A stretch of 64,000 bases of DNA from an uncultured Candidatus Saccharibacteria bacterium. Its GTDB lineage: Bacteria > Patescibacteriota > Saccharimonadia > Saccharimonadales > JAGQNJ01. Positions 16,728 to 26,795 of the stretch are shown piece by piece. The DNA is taken from the NCBI GenBank assembly GCA_964510945.1, contig CAZEED010000002.1, forward strand, positions 16,924 through 80,923, written 5' to 3'. Position numbers and translations under genes: made by a program. Each line of letters opens with the position of its first letter. Within the stretch, counting starts at the first letter, position 1. The notes beneath the pieces are model-generated. The model ran no database searches, had not been told where the DNA came from, and saw only the letters and a program-made list of their open reading frames with translations.

Positions 16728-18551
16728 ATGTGCGGAATCGTTGGCTACGTCGGTAATAATGACGCACTTGGTCCGGTCCTTGATGGACTCGAAGCCCTAG
16801 AATACAGAGGTTATGATTCTGCCGGCGTAGCTATAATGTACGATGGCAACATATCCTGTACTAAGCAAATTGGTGGTGTAGCAAATGTTGAAAAATTATT
16901 AAAAAATGAAGGTAAGTCAACTACTGCCATTGGTCACACTCGTTGGGCAACGCACGGCGAACCTTCAGTGGCTAACGCTCACCCGCACTACAACAGCGCA
17001 AAGACTATATTTATCGTTCATAACGGCATTATCGAGAACCATCAGGAGCTAAGGGATAAACTAACTGCTAAGGGTTATACTTTTAGCACAGAAACCGACA
17101 CCGAAGTAATTCCTCATCTCATTGATTATCATCTAAAAAAAACGAATTCATTTGAGCCCGCCTTTTCGTCCGCCATCGCTGAGCTAAGAGGCGCATACGC
17201 TATTGTTGCTTTGTTCAAAGATGAGCCCAATACTCTTTTTGCTGCACGTCTATCCAGCCCCCTAGTTATTGGTGTGGGCGACAACGAATATTATATTGCT
17301 TCGGACGCTTCCGCTATTATAGACAAAACCAAAAAAGTCGTTTATTTAGACGATTACGATATTGCTAAAATTACCCCTACTAATTTAGCTATAAATAATA
17401 CTCGATCTCACCACGCCGAGGTTCGCCAAGAACAAGTGCTTGATTATGATACCGAGACTGCTAAACTTAGAAATTTTCCACATTTTATGCTGAAGGAAAT
17501 ATTTGATACACCGCAGACTCTGCAGTCGGCTACCCGTGGCCGGATCAGGCCTAAAACCAACCAAGTCCAGCTAGGCGGGCTATTAAACGTTAAGGAGCAG
17601 TTACAATTCGTCGATCGCATTGTGATAGTAGCTTGTGGAACCTCATATTATGCCGGCATGGTAGGTGAATATCTTATTGAAGAGCTAGCCGGTATCCCAG
17701 TTGAAGTACAATTAGCTTCAGAGTTTAAATATCGACACGAACCTTTTTCGCGTGGTACGGCTGTTCTAGCTATTTCACAATCTGGTGAAACAGCCGACAC
17801 AATTGCTGCACTTAAGAAAGTTGAGGCCTACGGCGTGTTACGTCTGGGGATCGTTAATGTTGTTGGCTCGACTATTGCTCGTATGACCGACGCCGGTGTC
17901 TACTGTCATGCTGGGCCAGAGCTATCTGTCGCTTCTACCAAAGCCTTTGTTGCACAAGTCACAGTACTGATTGAGATTGCCCTATTTCTTGGCAAAGAAC
18001 GGACAAAAAACTTTAAACCCCTTTTGCACGAACTTGCCAACCTAGATAAAAAAATCAAAAAAGTTTTAGATCAGGCTGAGAATATCCAAAAAATTGCCAC
18101 CAAATATGCTAACTACAAGAACTTTCTATACATTGGTCGTGGTTATGATTATCCCTGCGCAATGGAGGGGGCCCTTAAGCTGAAAGAGCTTTCCTATATC
18201 CACGCCGAAGGCTGTGCTGCCGGAGAGATGAAGCACGGGCCCCTAGCGATGATTGACAAACATTTTCCCACTTTGGCCATAGCTACTGATTCAGAAATTA
18301 TAGAAAAAACCCATTCGAACATCCAAGAAATTCAAGCACGAAAAGGCAAAGTCGTCGCAATAGGTCTAGAAGGCGATACTCGATTAGAGCAACTAGCTGA
18401 CGACTGCATATTCATACCTCGCTCATTAACCCAAACACAACCCATATTAATAGCCGTGGTTGTTCAGCTATTTGCTTATTACATTTCAGTTAATAAAGGG
18501 CTAAACGTCGATAGGCCTCGAAACCTAGCTAAATCAGTAACGGTAGAGTAG
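16728..18551 (+). CDS. glmS: glutamine--fructose-6-phosphate aminotransferase
   Basis: MCGIVGYVG N-terminal nucleophile, two SIS domains, C-terminal NLAKSVTVE. No 5' UTR (2 nt after the upstream stop), so there is no glmS ribozyme. Confidence 0.95.
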   Translation: MCGIVGYVGNNDALGPVLDGLEALEYRGYDSAGVAIMYDGNISCTKQIGGVANVEKLLKNEGKSTTAIGHTRWATHGEPSVANAHPHYNSAKTIFIVHNGIIENHQELRDKLTAKGYTFSTETDTEVIPHLIDYHLKKTNSFEPAFSSAIAELRGAYAIVALFKDEPNTLFAARLSSPLVIGVGDNEYYIASDASAIIDKTKKVVYLDDYDIAKITPTNLAINNTRSHHAEVRQEQVLDYDTETAKLRNFPHFMLKEIFDTPQTLQSATRGRIRPKTNQVQLGGLLNVKEQLQFVDRIVIVACGTSYYAGMVGEYLIEELAGIPVEVQLASEFKYRHEPFSRGTAVLAISQSGETADTIAALKKVEAYGVLRLGIVNVVGSTIARMTDAGVYCHAGPELSVASTKAFVAQVTVLIEIALFLGKERTKNFKPLLHELANLDKKIKKVLDQAENIQKIATKYANYKNFLYIGRGYDYPCAMEGALKLKELSYIHAEGCAAGEMKHGPLAMIDKHFPTLAIATDSEIIEKTHSNIQEIQARKGKVVAIGLEGDTRLEQLADDCIFIPRSLTQTQPILIAVVVQLFAYYISVNKGLNVDRPRNLAKSVTVE

Positions 18552-18608
18552 ATACATGAAAAAATTGAATGACAGTCTAATCCTAGTCAATGGTTCAATT
18601 TATTATTT

Positions 18609-19361
18609 CTAACATACTTTAATTAATGCTTCGATCACTAAAGCTGTATCTTCCCATTTTTCCACTTCGATACAATCTATGCCCATGGCTTTTACCGGAT
18701 AATCATTACCGCCCTCTTTAAGCTTATCTCCAATAAATAGTATGTGTTTTTCATTAACCTTTAACTCCTTCATCAATTTTCTCATTCCATAACCTTTATC
18801 AACCCCTATACGAGTAACATCAACAGAAGTCGTACCTCCAACTCTCACCTCAACTTCGGATAATAGAGGGACCGCATAGTCCCTCAGCGCCATTTTTTTC
18901 TCCCCGTCAGGATCCCACTTATATTTTCTATCTGCGGGTGCATCTTGGCCAAGCGCAGAATATGTAATCTGGCTTCCCCGGTCTTCTATGATGTCCCCAT
19001 ACGGTTTTTCTTCCCATATACCTTGTTTTTTCGCGCCTGTGGTTAGGACTTTGATAATCTTAGTTTTTTGTTCAGCTGTTAAATCCTCTTCATACTGTAA
19101 TACCCATTTTTCTCCAGTAGTGTTGAATTTATAATAACGCGTGCCACATGTCGGCATAAGGTGAAGTTTACTTAGTGCTCTTGGCATAGCCTCTAATCTA
19201 TCAACTACCTGTTTCTTAAATTGCTCAAATTTTCCGCCAGATATTATACAAACTTCGTATTTCTTCAAAAGCAAAATCAATAGCTTGCTCATACGATCAC
19301 TTATAGGCGACTTAGTTATAGCTAACGTATCGTCTAGATCAAATACTATTATCTTTTTCAT
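18609..19361 (-). CDS. HAD-IIB hydrolase, probable phosphomannomutase-type enzyme
   Basis: FDLDDTL (DxDxT) motif, IISGGKFEQF, GDKLKEGGNDYP motif IV. Its 4-nt overlap with the upstream manC-like gene suggests translational coupling. Confidence 0.6.
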   Translation of the reverse strand: MKKIIVFDLDDTLAITKSPISDRMSKLLILLLKKYEVCIISGGKFEQFKKQVVDRLEAMPRALSKLHLMPTCGTRYYKFNTTGEKWVLQYEEDLTAEQKTKIIKVLTTGAKKQGIWEEKPYGDIIEDRGSQITYSALGQDAPADRKYKWDPDGEKKMALRDYAVPLLSEVEVRVGGTTSVDVTRIGVDKGYGMRKLMKELKVNEKHILFIGDKLKEGGNDYPVKAMGIDCIEVEKWEDTALVIEALIKVC

Positions 19362-20401
19362 TTGTCTCGTTGATTTAGTTCCGCTAAGACATCTTTTACT
19401 TTTTGCGATTGATCCTTGCGCGCCACCAACAAACCGTTAGGTGTATTTACGACAACCACATTGTCCAATCCGATAACTGCAACTGGTTTATCTTCCTCGT
19501 TATGTATATATGCGTTCGTCACTCCTTCTAAGCCAATATTATTCCCGTGAACATGTATATCATTTTTATCCGTCTCTACTGCTTTATGAATATCATTATA
19601 TGAACCCAAGTCCATCCAATCGAATGTCGCAGGAACCACAAGTAAATTGTCGACCCTTTCAATTAATGCATAGTCAATTGAATCCGACTCTAGTTTTAGG
19701 TATGTTCTATTAAAACCAGCAGCTGTTTTTTCTAGCTTCAGTTTTTCCATACTTTCAAATAATCTAGGTGAAAACTTTTTAACTGTGTTTTCAAACGTAT
19801 TAATAGATCCAACAAAATATCCACAGTTCCATAAATAATCACCACTCTGGACATATTTTTGTGCTATCACATAGTCAGGTTTTTCTTTGAACGAATCCAC
19901 CTCATATACAAATTGCTTATCATCAAACATGCCATCTTTTTGAATATAGCCAAAACCTGTTGCTGGATAGTCAGGTTCTACCCCCACTAAAACAAGCCTA
20001 TTATTCTCTTTTGAGACATCAGCTGCAACTTCAAAGCTATGGATAAAACCCCTGGTATCTCGAATATAATGATCCGCGTGCAAGAAAGCGATAATTTCAT
20101 TAGGGTTATTTTCTTTCCGCAGTTTTACCAGCGCGGCAATAATACAATTGGCAGTTCCTCTACGACCGGGTTCAACTATTAGGTATTCTGCATCAAGTTC
20201 GGGAATATGATCGCTAATATGATGGGCATGACTAATATCACTAACGACATATATTTTATCAGTCAGCTTTTTTGCTCGCTCGTATGTATTTCGGAGTAGC
20301 GATTTGTCACTAGCAATAGTCAAAAGGTGTTTTGGGTAATCTGGCGTAGATAACGGCCACAGCCTAGTACCCGACCCTCCAGCTATTATTACGCAAATCA
20401 T
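19358..20401 (-). CDS. manC: mannose-1-phosphate guanylyltransferase (no PMI/cupin domain)
   Basis: [27 protein letters not shown] nucleotidyltransferase signature, with length and pattern typical of short ManC/CpsB. Confidence 0.8.
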   Translation of the reverse strand: MICVIIAGGSGTRLWPLSTPDYPKHLLTIASDKSLLRNTYERAKKLTDKIYVVSDISHAHHISDHIPELDAEYLIVEPGRRGTANCIIAALVKLRKENNPNEIIAFLHADHYIRDTRGFIHSFEVAADVSKENNRLVLVGVEPDYPATGFGYIQKDGMFDDKQFVYEVDSFKEKPDYVIAQKYVQSGDYLWNCGYFVGSINTFENTVKKFSPRLFESMEKLKLEKTAAGFNRTYLKLESDSIDYALIERVDNLLVVPATFDWMDLGSYNDIHKAVETDKNDIHVHGNNIGLEGVTNAYIHNEEDKPVAVIGLDNVVVVNTPNGLLVARKDQSQKVKDVLAELNQRDK

Positions 20402-20585
20402 ACTAGATCATAATACATTCTGAACATGTTTTTTTATAATTTAAATGAGTTTTAAATAAACTGCTTTCTTTGTTGATTTAGTTACCTTTTTACCCTGTAG
20501 TATACTGTCGATATGATAGTATCACTTGAAAAATCAATATTCACATACTTAACTAAAAAAAGTTCTAAATGAACGGGCTTTCATA

Positions 20586-21452
20586 ATGAAAGGCATTATT
20601 CTAGCCGGTGGTTCGGGCACCAGATTATACCCAATTACAAAAGGTATATCTAAGCAACTTATTCCAATTTATGACAAGCCAATGATCTACTACCCCCTCT
20701 CTACTCTAATGAGCGCCGGGATAAAAGACATACTGATTATTACTACGCCCCACGACCAAACACAGTTCAAAAAGCTACTGGGAGATGGTTCCGAGATTGG
20801 TATCAACATCGAATATGCGGTTCAACCCAGTCCTGATGGTTTGGCGCAAGCATTTGTTATTGGCGAAGAGTTTATCGGTCCTGACAAAGTAGCATTAGTA
20901 CTAGGCGACAACATTTTTTATGGCACTCAAATGGGCGAGAAACTATCAAAATATACGAATGTAGATGGCGCAGTTGGTTTTGCGGCCCGAGTTGCAAAAC
21001 CAAAAAGATACGGCGTTTATGAATTCGACGAGAACATGAATGCAATATCTATTGAAGAAAAACCAGTCAATCCAAAATCGAATTACGCCAATGCTGGTCT
21101 GTATTTCTTTGACAATGATGTTGTAGAGATAGCCAAAAACGTCAAACCTAGCGCTCGAGGAGAGGTGGAAATAACTTCAGTGCTTGACGCATATCTACAG
21201 CATAGCAAATTAAAAGTTAGCCTGCTTGACCGTGGTACAGCATGGCTAGATACCGGTACTTTTGAGAGCATGAATCAAGCAGCACAGTTCGTTCAAGTAA
21301 TCGAGGAGCGCCAAGGACTAAAAATTGGTTGCATCGAGGAAATAGCTTTCCGACAAGGCTTTATTAATTCAGAACAATTAGCAAAACTTGCTGAGCCACT
21401 ACAAAAAAGTGGCTACGGTAAGTATCTCCAAAACTTAATTAATCAACTATAG
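20586..21452 (+). CDS. rfbA: glucose-1-phosphate thymidylyltransferase
   Basis: [42 protein letters not shown] and LGDNIFYG are RmlA hallmarks. No rfbB/C/D in the window. Confidence 0.92.
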   Translation: MKGIILAGGSGTRLYPITKGISKQLIPIYDKPMIYYPLSTLMSAGIKDILIITTPHDQTQFKKLLGDGSEIGINIEYAVQPSPDGLAQAFVIGEEFIGPDKVALVLGDNIFYGTQMGEKLSKYTNVDGAVGFAARVAKPKRYGVYEFDENMNAISIEEKPVNPKSNYANAGLYFFDNDVVEIAKNVKPSARGEVEITSVLDAYLQHSKLKVSLLDRGTAWLDTGTFESMNQAAQFVQVIEERQGLKIGCIEEIAFRQGFINSEQLAKLAEPLQKSGYGKYLQNLINQL

Positions 21453-21472
21453 TTATTGAAACATTATCTCAC

Positions 21473-22969
21473 TTAATAAATAACTACGTATCGCAATATA
21501 TTCTGAATTCGTTTATTAATATTAATGACTGTCGTATTTTGCCAATACCAATTTTGATCTGCCCAAATCAAATAGCCAGCTATACCCCCTCCCCAACAAT
21601 ATGCCACAAATACTAGTATTAATAACGCTGTTTTGATATTTTCACTTTTGAATGTCTGATTAACTGACCAAGCTATTAATACGTACACAATAATTAGAAT
21701 TGGCAGGGTGTACCTCGCCTGAATAGCTTGTGCAACACCAAGCTTGAGATAGCCCTGATAATTAAACAACCAGAGAACCGATAAATAACCGCTGGAGAGC
21801 ACTAAACTAAACCGCAAGAATTGGTCGGTCCATATTTTTTTAAACTGTAAAACAACAGCTGATATTCCTAATAATAAAACTAAGTAAGCAATAGCAATGG
21901 GTAGTGGAAGAAGTGGCTTCAAGACAATTGGCCCAAATGGTTCTTTATTTGAAACAACTTGCGTTGGTGTATGGCTAAATATCGCAAAAAATCCCCGCAT
22001 AGATTTTGTTACCCAATGTTGTGTAAAACTAATCGGATTACCGTACAACTTTTCAGCTGATTTATTTTTTAAATTCTCTTGATTACGAGCCCATGGCATA
22101 AAATCTTTACACACTTCGATTGATTGCACATCTTCACATTTTGGTGAGATAGAATGATAGCTAATTATATTAGCTACGGGTCGTTCAATAAAAAGCCCAA
22201 AACTAATTACAAGCATTAGCAGCAATCCAAATAATATTAGTTTGCTATTTAATTTTCGCCACTCTGCTTTTAAAGATATACCGTCCCGTCTTTTTATATA
22301 CAAGGCAAACAAATACAAACTAACAATTGCAAACATTGGAATAAAAGTATATTTAACAAGTGACGCAATAAAGCCTAGCGAAAAATACAAAGACAAGTTA
22401 ACGATCAAATTACCTTCTTTGAGTATCAATTTCGTAACAATCAATAAGAATAATGGGATTAGCAAGAATAAGAGATTATCGTAGTTATTATGAGCAGCTA
22501 ACAACGGAACGATTGGGGTGCAGACAAATATAAGTAGCGCGACGTGAGTAATCCTTTTTGATATTCCCCACTTTAATAAAAGTTTTCTAAAAAAGAATAG
22601 TCCAATACAAACAAAAGTAACATTTAATAATCTCATACTAATAATTAGGAAAGTCTGATTGCTAATAAAGACGTCTAATAACCGATAAGGAAAACTCATT
22701 AGATAGTGATAGAGATAAGATGGGTCTCTCGTGATGTCTCCATAAAGACTTGCAGACGCAGGTTGCGAAGTCAAAAATGGCGACCAATGAGAAGCATATA
22801 GCCTCGTAATACCTACATGCATATATTCATCAAACGGTAATGGATATACTGCGCTGAGCGATAGCCAAAAAGATTGCAGGCCAAGTAGAATTACCGCAAA
22901 ATAAAAGACTACTTTTTTCTCTAAAGTTCCATATATCAATCTAGTGAATGTTAATATTTTGTCGGCCAT
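21473..22969 (-). CDS. polytopic membrane protein, GT-C-like (DUF2142-like) putative glycosyltransferase
   Basis: 498 aa, at least 10 TM helices. The first loop carries PLPFDEYMHVGITRLY (Asp/Glu-containing loop as in GT-C enzymes). Very AT-rich. Confidence 0.5.
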   Translation of the reverse strand: MADKILTFTRLIYGTLEKKVVFYFAVILLGLQSFWLSLSAVYPLPFDEYMHVGITRLYASHWSPFLTSQPASASLYGDITRDPSYLYHYLMSFPYRLLDVFISNQTFLIISMRLLNVTFVCIGLFFFRKLLLKWGISKRITHVALLIFVCTPIVPLLAAHNNYDNLLFLLIPLFLLIVTKLILKEGNLIVNLSLYFSLGFIASLVKYTFIPMFAIVSLYLFALYIKRRDGISLKAEWRKLNSKLILFGLLLMLVISFGLFIERPVANIISYHSISPKCEDVQSIEVCKDFMPWARNQENLKNKSAEKLYGNPISFTQHWVTKSMRGFFAIFSHTPTQVVSNKEPFGPIVLKPLLPLPIAIAYLVLLLGISAVVLQFKKIWTDQFLRFSLVLSSGYLSVLWLFNYQGYLKLGVAQAIQARYTLPILIIVYVLIAWSVNQTFKSENIKTALLILVFVAYCWGGGIAGYLIWADQNWYWQNTTVININKRIQNILRYVVIY

Positions 22970-23028
22970 TTAGACTAAACTATACCTGAATTTAATCACT
23001 TATTACTGTATAATTGTAATCTATATCG

Positions 23029-24393
23029 ATGAATAAATATTCAGGTAAGACAATAACCATCATAGGTGCTGGATACGTGGGCTTGTCTACCGCCGCTCTA
23101 TTTTCTAATTCTGATAATACCGTTTATCTAATAGACGTTAATAAAGATCGATTAAACACCATCAAGAGCGGAAGGTCATTTTTTTATGAACAAGGCATTG
23201 ATCCATTAATTGAACGAGCTGTTAAGAAAAAAAGCTTAATCCCGTCTGATAGTTACGAAGAATCGATTCCAAACAGCGATGTTGTATTTTCTTGTGTTGG
23301 CACGCCAGATAATCCTGACGGAAGTTCTAATCTTAGCTTTGTCCATCAAGCGGCAAAAAAGGCCAGCTTGCTAATGAGGCCTGGTAGTATTTTCGTACAA
23401 AAAAGCACCGTTCCCGTTGGTACCGGCATAGAAATTGAAACATCATTATCCTTTGAAGAGAAAGGTATCTCATATGTTTCAAACCCCGAATTTTTACGAG
23501 AAGGAACAGCGATCTCTGACTCGTTATGGTTCGATCGTGTTGTGGTCGGAGGCAATAATTTTGATGCAAATAACCGAGTGTTAAAGCTGTATAAAGTCCT
23601 AGAAAGACACCGCACTGATATTGCAAAAATATCAGGCCTTGTTGAACCAAAGCATCACACCGGATCATACATCTCAACTTCACGTGATAGCGCAGAGCTT
23701 ATCAAAGTAACTGCTAATGCATTCCTAGCGCTAAAAATATCATTCGCTAATTCTATAGCCAAACTAGCAGATCAAACTGGTGCTGATGTAGTAGAAGTAA
23801 TGGACGGCATAGGTTCCGACAAGCGTATTGGTAGGGCTTTCCTAAATGCTGGGCGTGGTTATGGTGGAGGGTGTTTTCCTAAAGACGTTAGTGGGCTAAT
23901 CGCCAGCGCCGAAAAGCATGGTATCGACATGCCGATTATGACTGCTTCCACAGAAGTAAACGAATCAATGGCCGGATACATAGCAAATAAAGCAAAGTCT
24001 GCCTTAGGAGAATTAAAAGACAAAAGAATTGCTGTACTGGGATTATCATTCAAAGCTGGGACCAGTGACTCTAGGCGTTCGCCCGGTATCAAACTAGCCA
24101 ATATTATATCAAAAGAAGGGGCTCACGTAATTGCTCACGACCCAAAAGCCAACGATGAAGCGAAAGAAGATTTAGATAAAAAAATTACTATATCAGACAG
24201 CTTAGAATCTGCTCTTCATAATGTTGACGGCGTATTTATAGCGACAGATTGGCCAGAATTTTTAAATACTAGCCCCACTCAATATAAAAAACTAATGAAA
24301 GGCCAGTTATTTGTTGATGCAGTCAATGGTTTTAACATTAAAAAGATAGAGTCAGCTGGGTTACAATATATAGGTGTAGGAAGAGGTAAATAG
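23029..24393 (+). CDS. ugd: UDP-glucose/GDP-mannose 6-dehydrogenase family protein
   Basis: ITIIGAGYVGLSTAALF Rossmann motif, NPEFLREGTAI, catalytic GYGGGCFPKD, C-terminal UDPG_MGDP_dh domain. Confidence 0.85.
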   Translation: MNKYSGKTITIIGAGYVGLSTAALFSNSDNTVYLIDVNKDRLNTIKSGRSFFYEQGIDPLIERAVKKKSLIPSDSYEESIPNSDVVFSCVGTPDNPDGSSNLSFVHQAAKKASLLMRPGSIFVQKSTVPVGTGIEIETSLSFEEKGISYVSNPEFLREGTAISDSLWFDRVVVGGNNFDANNRVLKLYKVLERHRTDIAKISGLVEPKHHTGSYISTSRDSAELIKVTANAFLALKISFANSIAKLADQTGADVVEVMDGIGSDKRIGRAFLNAGRGYGGGCFPKDVSGLIASAEKHGIDMPIMTASTEVNESMAGYIANKAKSALGELKDKRIAVLGLSFKAGTSDSRRSPGIKLANIISKEGAHVIAHDPKANDEAKEDLDKKITISDSLESALHNVDGVFIATDWPEFLNTSPTQYKKLMKGQLFVDAVNGFNIKKIESAGLQYIGVGRGK

Positions 24394-24394
24394 T

Positions 24395-25345
24395 ATGAAA
24401 CTTGTAATTCAAATTCCATGTTTGAACGAAGAAACCACACTGCCGGCAGTATTAGAATCGATTCCGAAAAAAATCGATGGGATTGACGAGATCATAACTT
24501 TAATTATTGATGATGGTTCAACCGATAAAACAATTGAAGTAGCAAAAAAATACGGTGTAAAACATTTTGTAATCCACTCAAAGAATATGGGTTTGGCGCG
24601 CTCATTTCATGATGGTATTAATTACGCGCTTAGTATTGGCGCAGACATAGTGGTCAATACAGACGGCGACAACCAATATCCTCAAGAACAAATTAACGAT
24701 TTAGTAAAGCCGATACTTGATGGAAAAGCCGAGATTGTTATCGGAGACAGGCAGACAGCGACTATTGAACATTTCTCGCCAGTAAAAAAACTATTTCAAC
24801 GATTTGGTAGTGCTGTAGTTAATAAGGCTGCCGGCACTAACCTACCAGATGCGGCAAGTGGCTTTCGAGCATATTCAAAAAATTCTCTACTACGACTAAA
24901 CATCGTTACTCAATTTAGTTACTGCATGGAAACTATTATTCAAGCTGGCAACAAGAGAATTCCTATTACTAGTGTAAAGATCAAGACCAATCCTAAGACG
25001 CGCGAATCTAGACTCTTCAAAAATATCTGGCAACATATGTACAAATCGGGCTCTGCAATCGTACGTAGCTATATTATGTATCGACCGCACCTCATCTTTA
25101 TCACGATGGGAAGCATTCTATTAATCGGCGGACTTCTCCCGTTTGTAAGATACGGCGTAATTTACCTAATGGGTAATCATGGTGGCGATCATATCCAATC
25201 GCTACTTCTGGGTGCGGTACTTATTTTTGCGTCAATGATAGCATTTGCTTTAACAGTTATCGCAGACTTAACACATACCAACCGAACCTTACTAGAAGAC
25301 AGCTTAGAAAGGTTAAAAGAGTTACAGTACAAAAAACAAAAATGA
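24395..25345 (+). CDS. GT2 polyprenyl-phosphate glycosyltransferase (GtrB/DPM1-like) with C-terminal TM helices
   Basis: IQIPCLNEETTLPAVL...IIDDGSTDKT...NTDGDNQYP (DxD) plus two C-terminal TM helices. Confidence 0.8.
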   Translation: MKLVIQIPCLNEETTLPAVLESIPKKIDGIDEIITLIIDDGSTDKTIEVAKKYGVKHFVIHSKNMGLARSFHDGINYALSIGADIVVNTDGDNQYPQEQINDLVKPILDGKAEIVIGDRQTATIEHFSPVKKLFQRFGSAVVNKAAGTNLPDAASGFRAYSKNSLLRLNIVTQFSYCMETIIQAGNKRIPITSVKIKTNPKTRESRLFKNIWQHMYKSGSAIVRSYIMYRPHLIFITMGSILLIGGLLPFVRYGVIYLMGNHGGDHIQSLLLGAVLIFASMIAFALTVIADLTHTNRTLLEDSLERLKELQYKKQK

Positions 25346-26697
25346 AACGTAAAATAAAACGCCTTTTTTCTACTGGCGATAGTCACTTTTCAGAAATAAT
25401 TATGCACTCTTTATGGGCATTGATCATTCTAGGCTTTGCTACTGGTATACAGTTCGTATTTGACTTCTTGATGGCAAGAAGCTTTGGTGCTGATGGCACT
25501 GGTATATTTTATTTATGTTTTTCAGTAGTTATTGGTTTATCACTTTTAGGTCATTTAGGACTTGATCGTACGTCCGTAAAATTGATTCCTCCCTTACTCA
25601 CAAAAAAGGATTTTGCATCAGCGCAAGCAGTAAAAAAAGCTTCAGTACATTTAGTATTAATTAACACTCTGTTTATTAGTGCCTGTCTTTTTATAATAGC
25701 TCCTTGGCTAGCTAATAGTATTTTTCATAATAACGAACTAGTAACCTACTTACGAATATTCTCTCTAGCAATCCCAGCCTATTCATTACGCTATTTGTAC
25801 GGGGGAATATTAAGGGCTCTAAAACAAACAAAAGAAGCACTAATTGTTGAGCGCGTAGTAATCTATGCTTTTGGAATATTGGCAATCTTCACAATAGGAA
25901 AAATGCTAAACATCAAAGGTATGGCTATAGGGTTCGTTATAAGCTGTATCATTAGTTTGCTAATCGGTATGTATTTCACGAACAAATATCTTCCGAGGGA
26001 AGCTAAGTCAAGAACATTTAGCAAAAAGATTTTACTGGCAAGTGGTATTCCCCTACTTTTTGTTGCTTTTGCTACACAAATGAATGGCCAAGCAAGTGTC
26101 ATAATATTAGGTTCTTTTGGATCGACAACAGACGTAGGTATTTATAACGCGGCACTTAAAATATCTTTGTTACTCGCCTTAGTACTGACAGCTATTAACG
26201 CAATTGCCGGAACGACCATCTCCGAACTTCATGCCAAAGGTGATAAAAAACAAATGGAGATCATATTTGGGAAAACAAGCGCTTTGGGGTTTTTACTCGC
26301 TCTTCCACTGTTTTTAATAATGTTCATTTTTCCAGAGTTTTTATTAGGTATATTCGGCTCGGAGTTCGTGCCTGGTTCAAGCGCATTAATGATTCTAGCG
26401 ATAGGCCAACTAGTGAATATTACTGTGGGCCCCACTCTTTTCATACTTGCAATGACAGGCCACGAAAAAGCGCTAGCTAAAGCAGTTGGAGCATCACTTG
26501 TAATTAATGTAGTATTGGGTCTACTGATAATTCCTCACCTAAAAGTTTTCGGCGCAGGTTTGTCTACCGCTATTGCAATAACAATTTCTAATATTATTAT
26601 GCTAATTCTAGTAAAGCATTATCTGGATATTTGGTCGCTACCCTTTAAACATTTAGGTCAATGGATTAAAAAAACTTTGGGGTTAGCTAAATTGTGA
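25342..26697 (+). CDS. wzx: Wzx-type flippase (MOP/polysaccharide biosynthesis protein family)
   Basis: 451 aa, about 12-14 TM helices, ATGA overlap with the upstream GT2, typical oligosaccharide flippase topology. Confidence 0.75.
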   Translation: MKRKIKRLFSTGDSHFSEIIMHSLWALIILGFATGIQFVFDFLMARSFGADGTGIFYLCFSVVIGLSLLGHLGLDRTSVKLIPPLLTKKDFASAQAVKKASVHLVLINTLFISACLFIIAPWLANSIFHNNELVTYLRIFSLAIPAYSLRYLYGGILRALKQTKEALIVERVVIYAFGILAIFTIGKMLNIKGMAIGFVISCIISLLIGMYFTNKYLPREAKSRTFSKKILLASGIPLLFVAFATQMNGQASVIILGSFGSTTDVGIYNAALKISLLLALVLTAINAIAGTTISELHAKGDKKQMEIIFGKTSALGFLLALPLFLIMFIFPEFLLGIFGSEFVPGSSALMILAIGQLVNITVGPTLFILAMTGHEKALAKAVGASLVINVVLGLLIIPHLKVFGAGLSTAIAITISNIIMLILVKHYLDIWSLPFKHLGQWIKKTLGLAKL

Positions 26698-26759
26698 ATA
26701 TTTTCCTAAAACAAAAACTGTCAGGGCTAGATCCAAATTCATACAAAACTATTTTTGGC

Positions 26760-26789
26760 TTGGTTGAGATTACTAAAAACAGGTACAAT
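26760..26789 (+). promoter_or_regulatory. putative promoter TTGGTT-18nt-TACAAT, leaderless-type
   Basis: TACAAT 26784-26789 followed by 6 nt (taagtg), then ATG 26796. No SD. Confidence 0.4.
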
Positions 26790-26795
26790 TAAGTG

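Noticed and set aside
16690-16730. glmS ribozyme upstream of glmS
   Set aside because: glmS starts 2 nt after the stop of the preceding GT4 gene, so there is no 5' UTR to hold a ribozyme.
18552-18608. Bidirectional terminator between convergent glmS and the HAD gene
   Set aside because: Only a weak interrupted stem (ATTGAA...TTCAAT, with an inner TGAC/GTCA) and no clean U-tract. Not convincing by eye.
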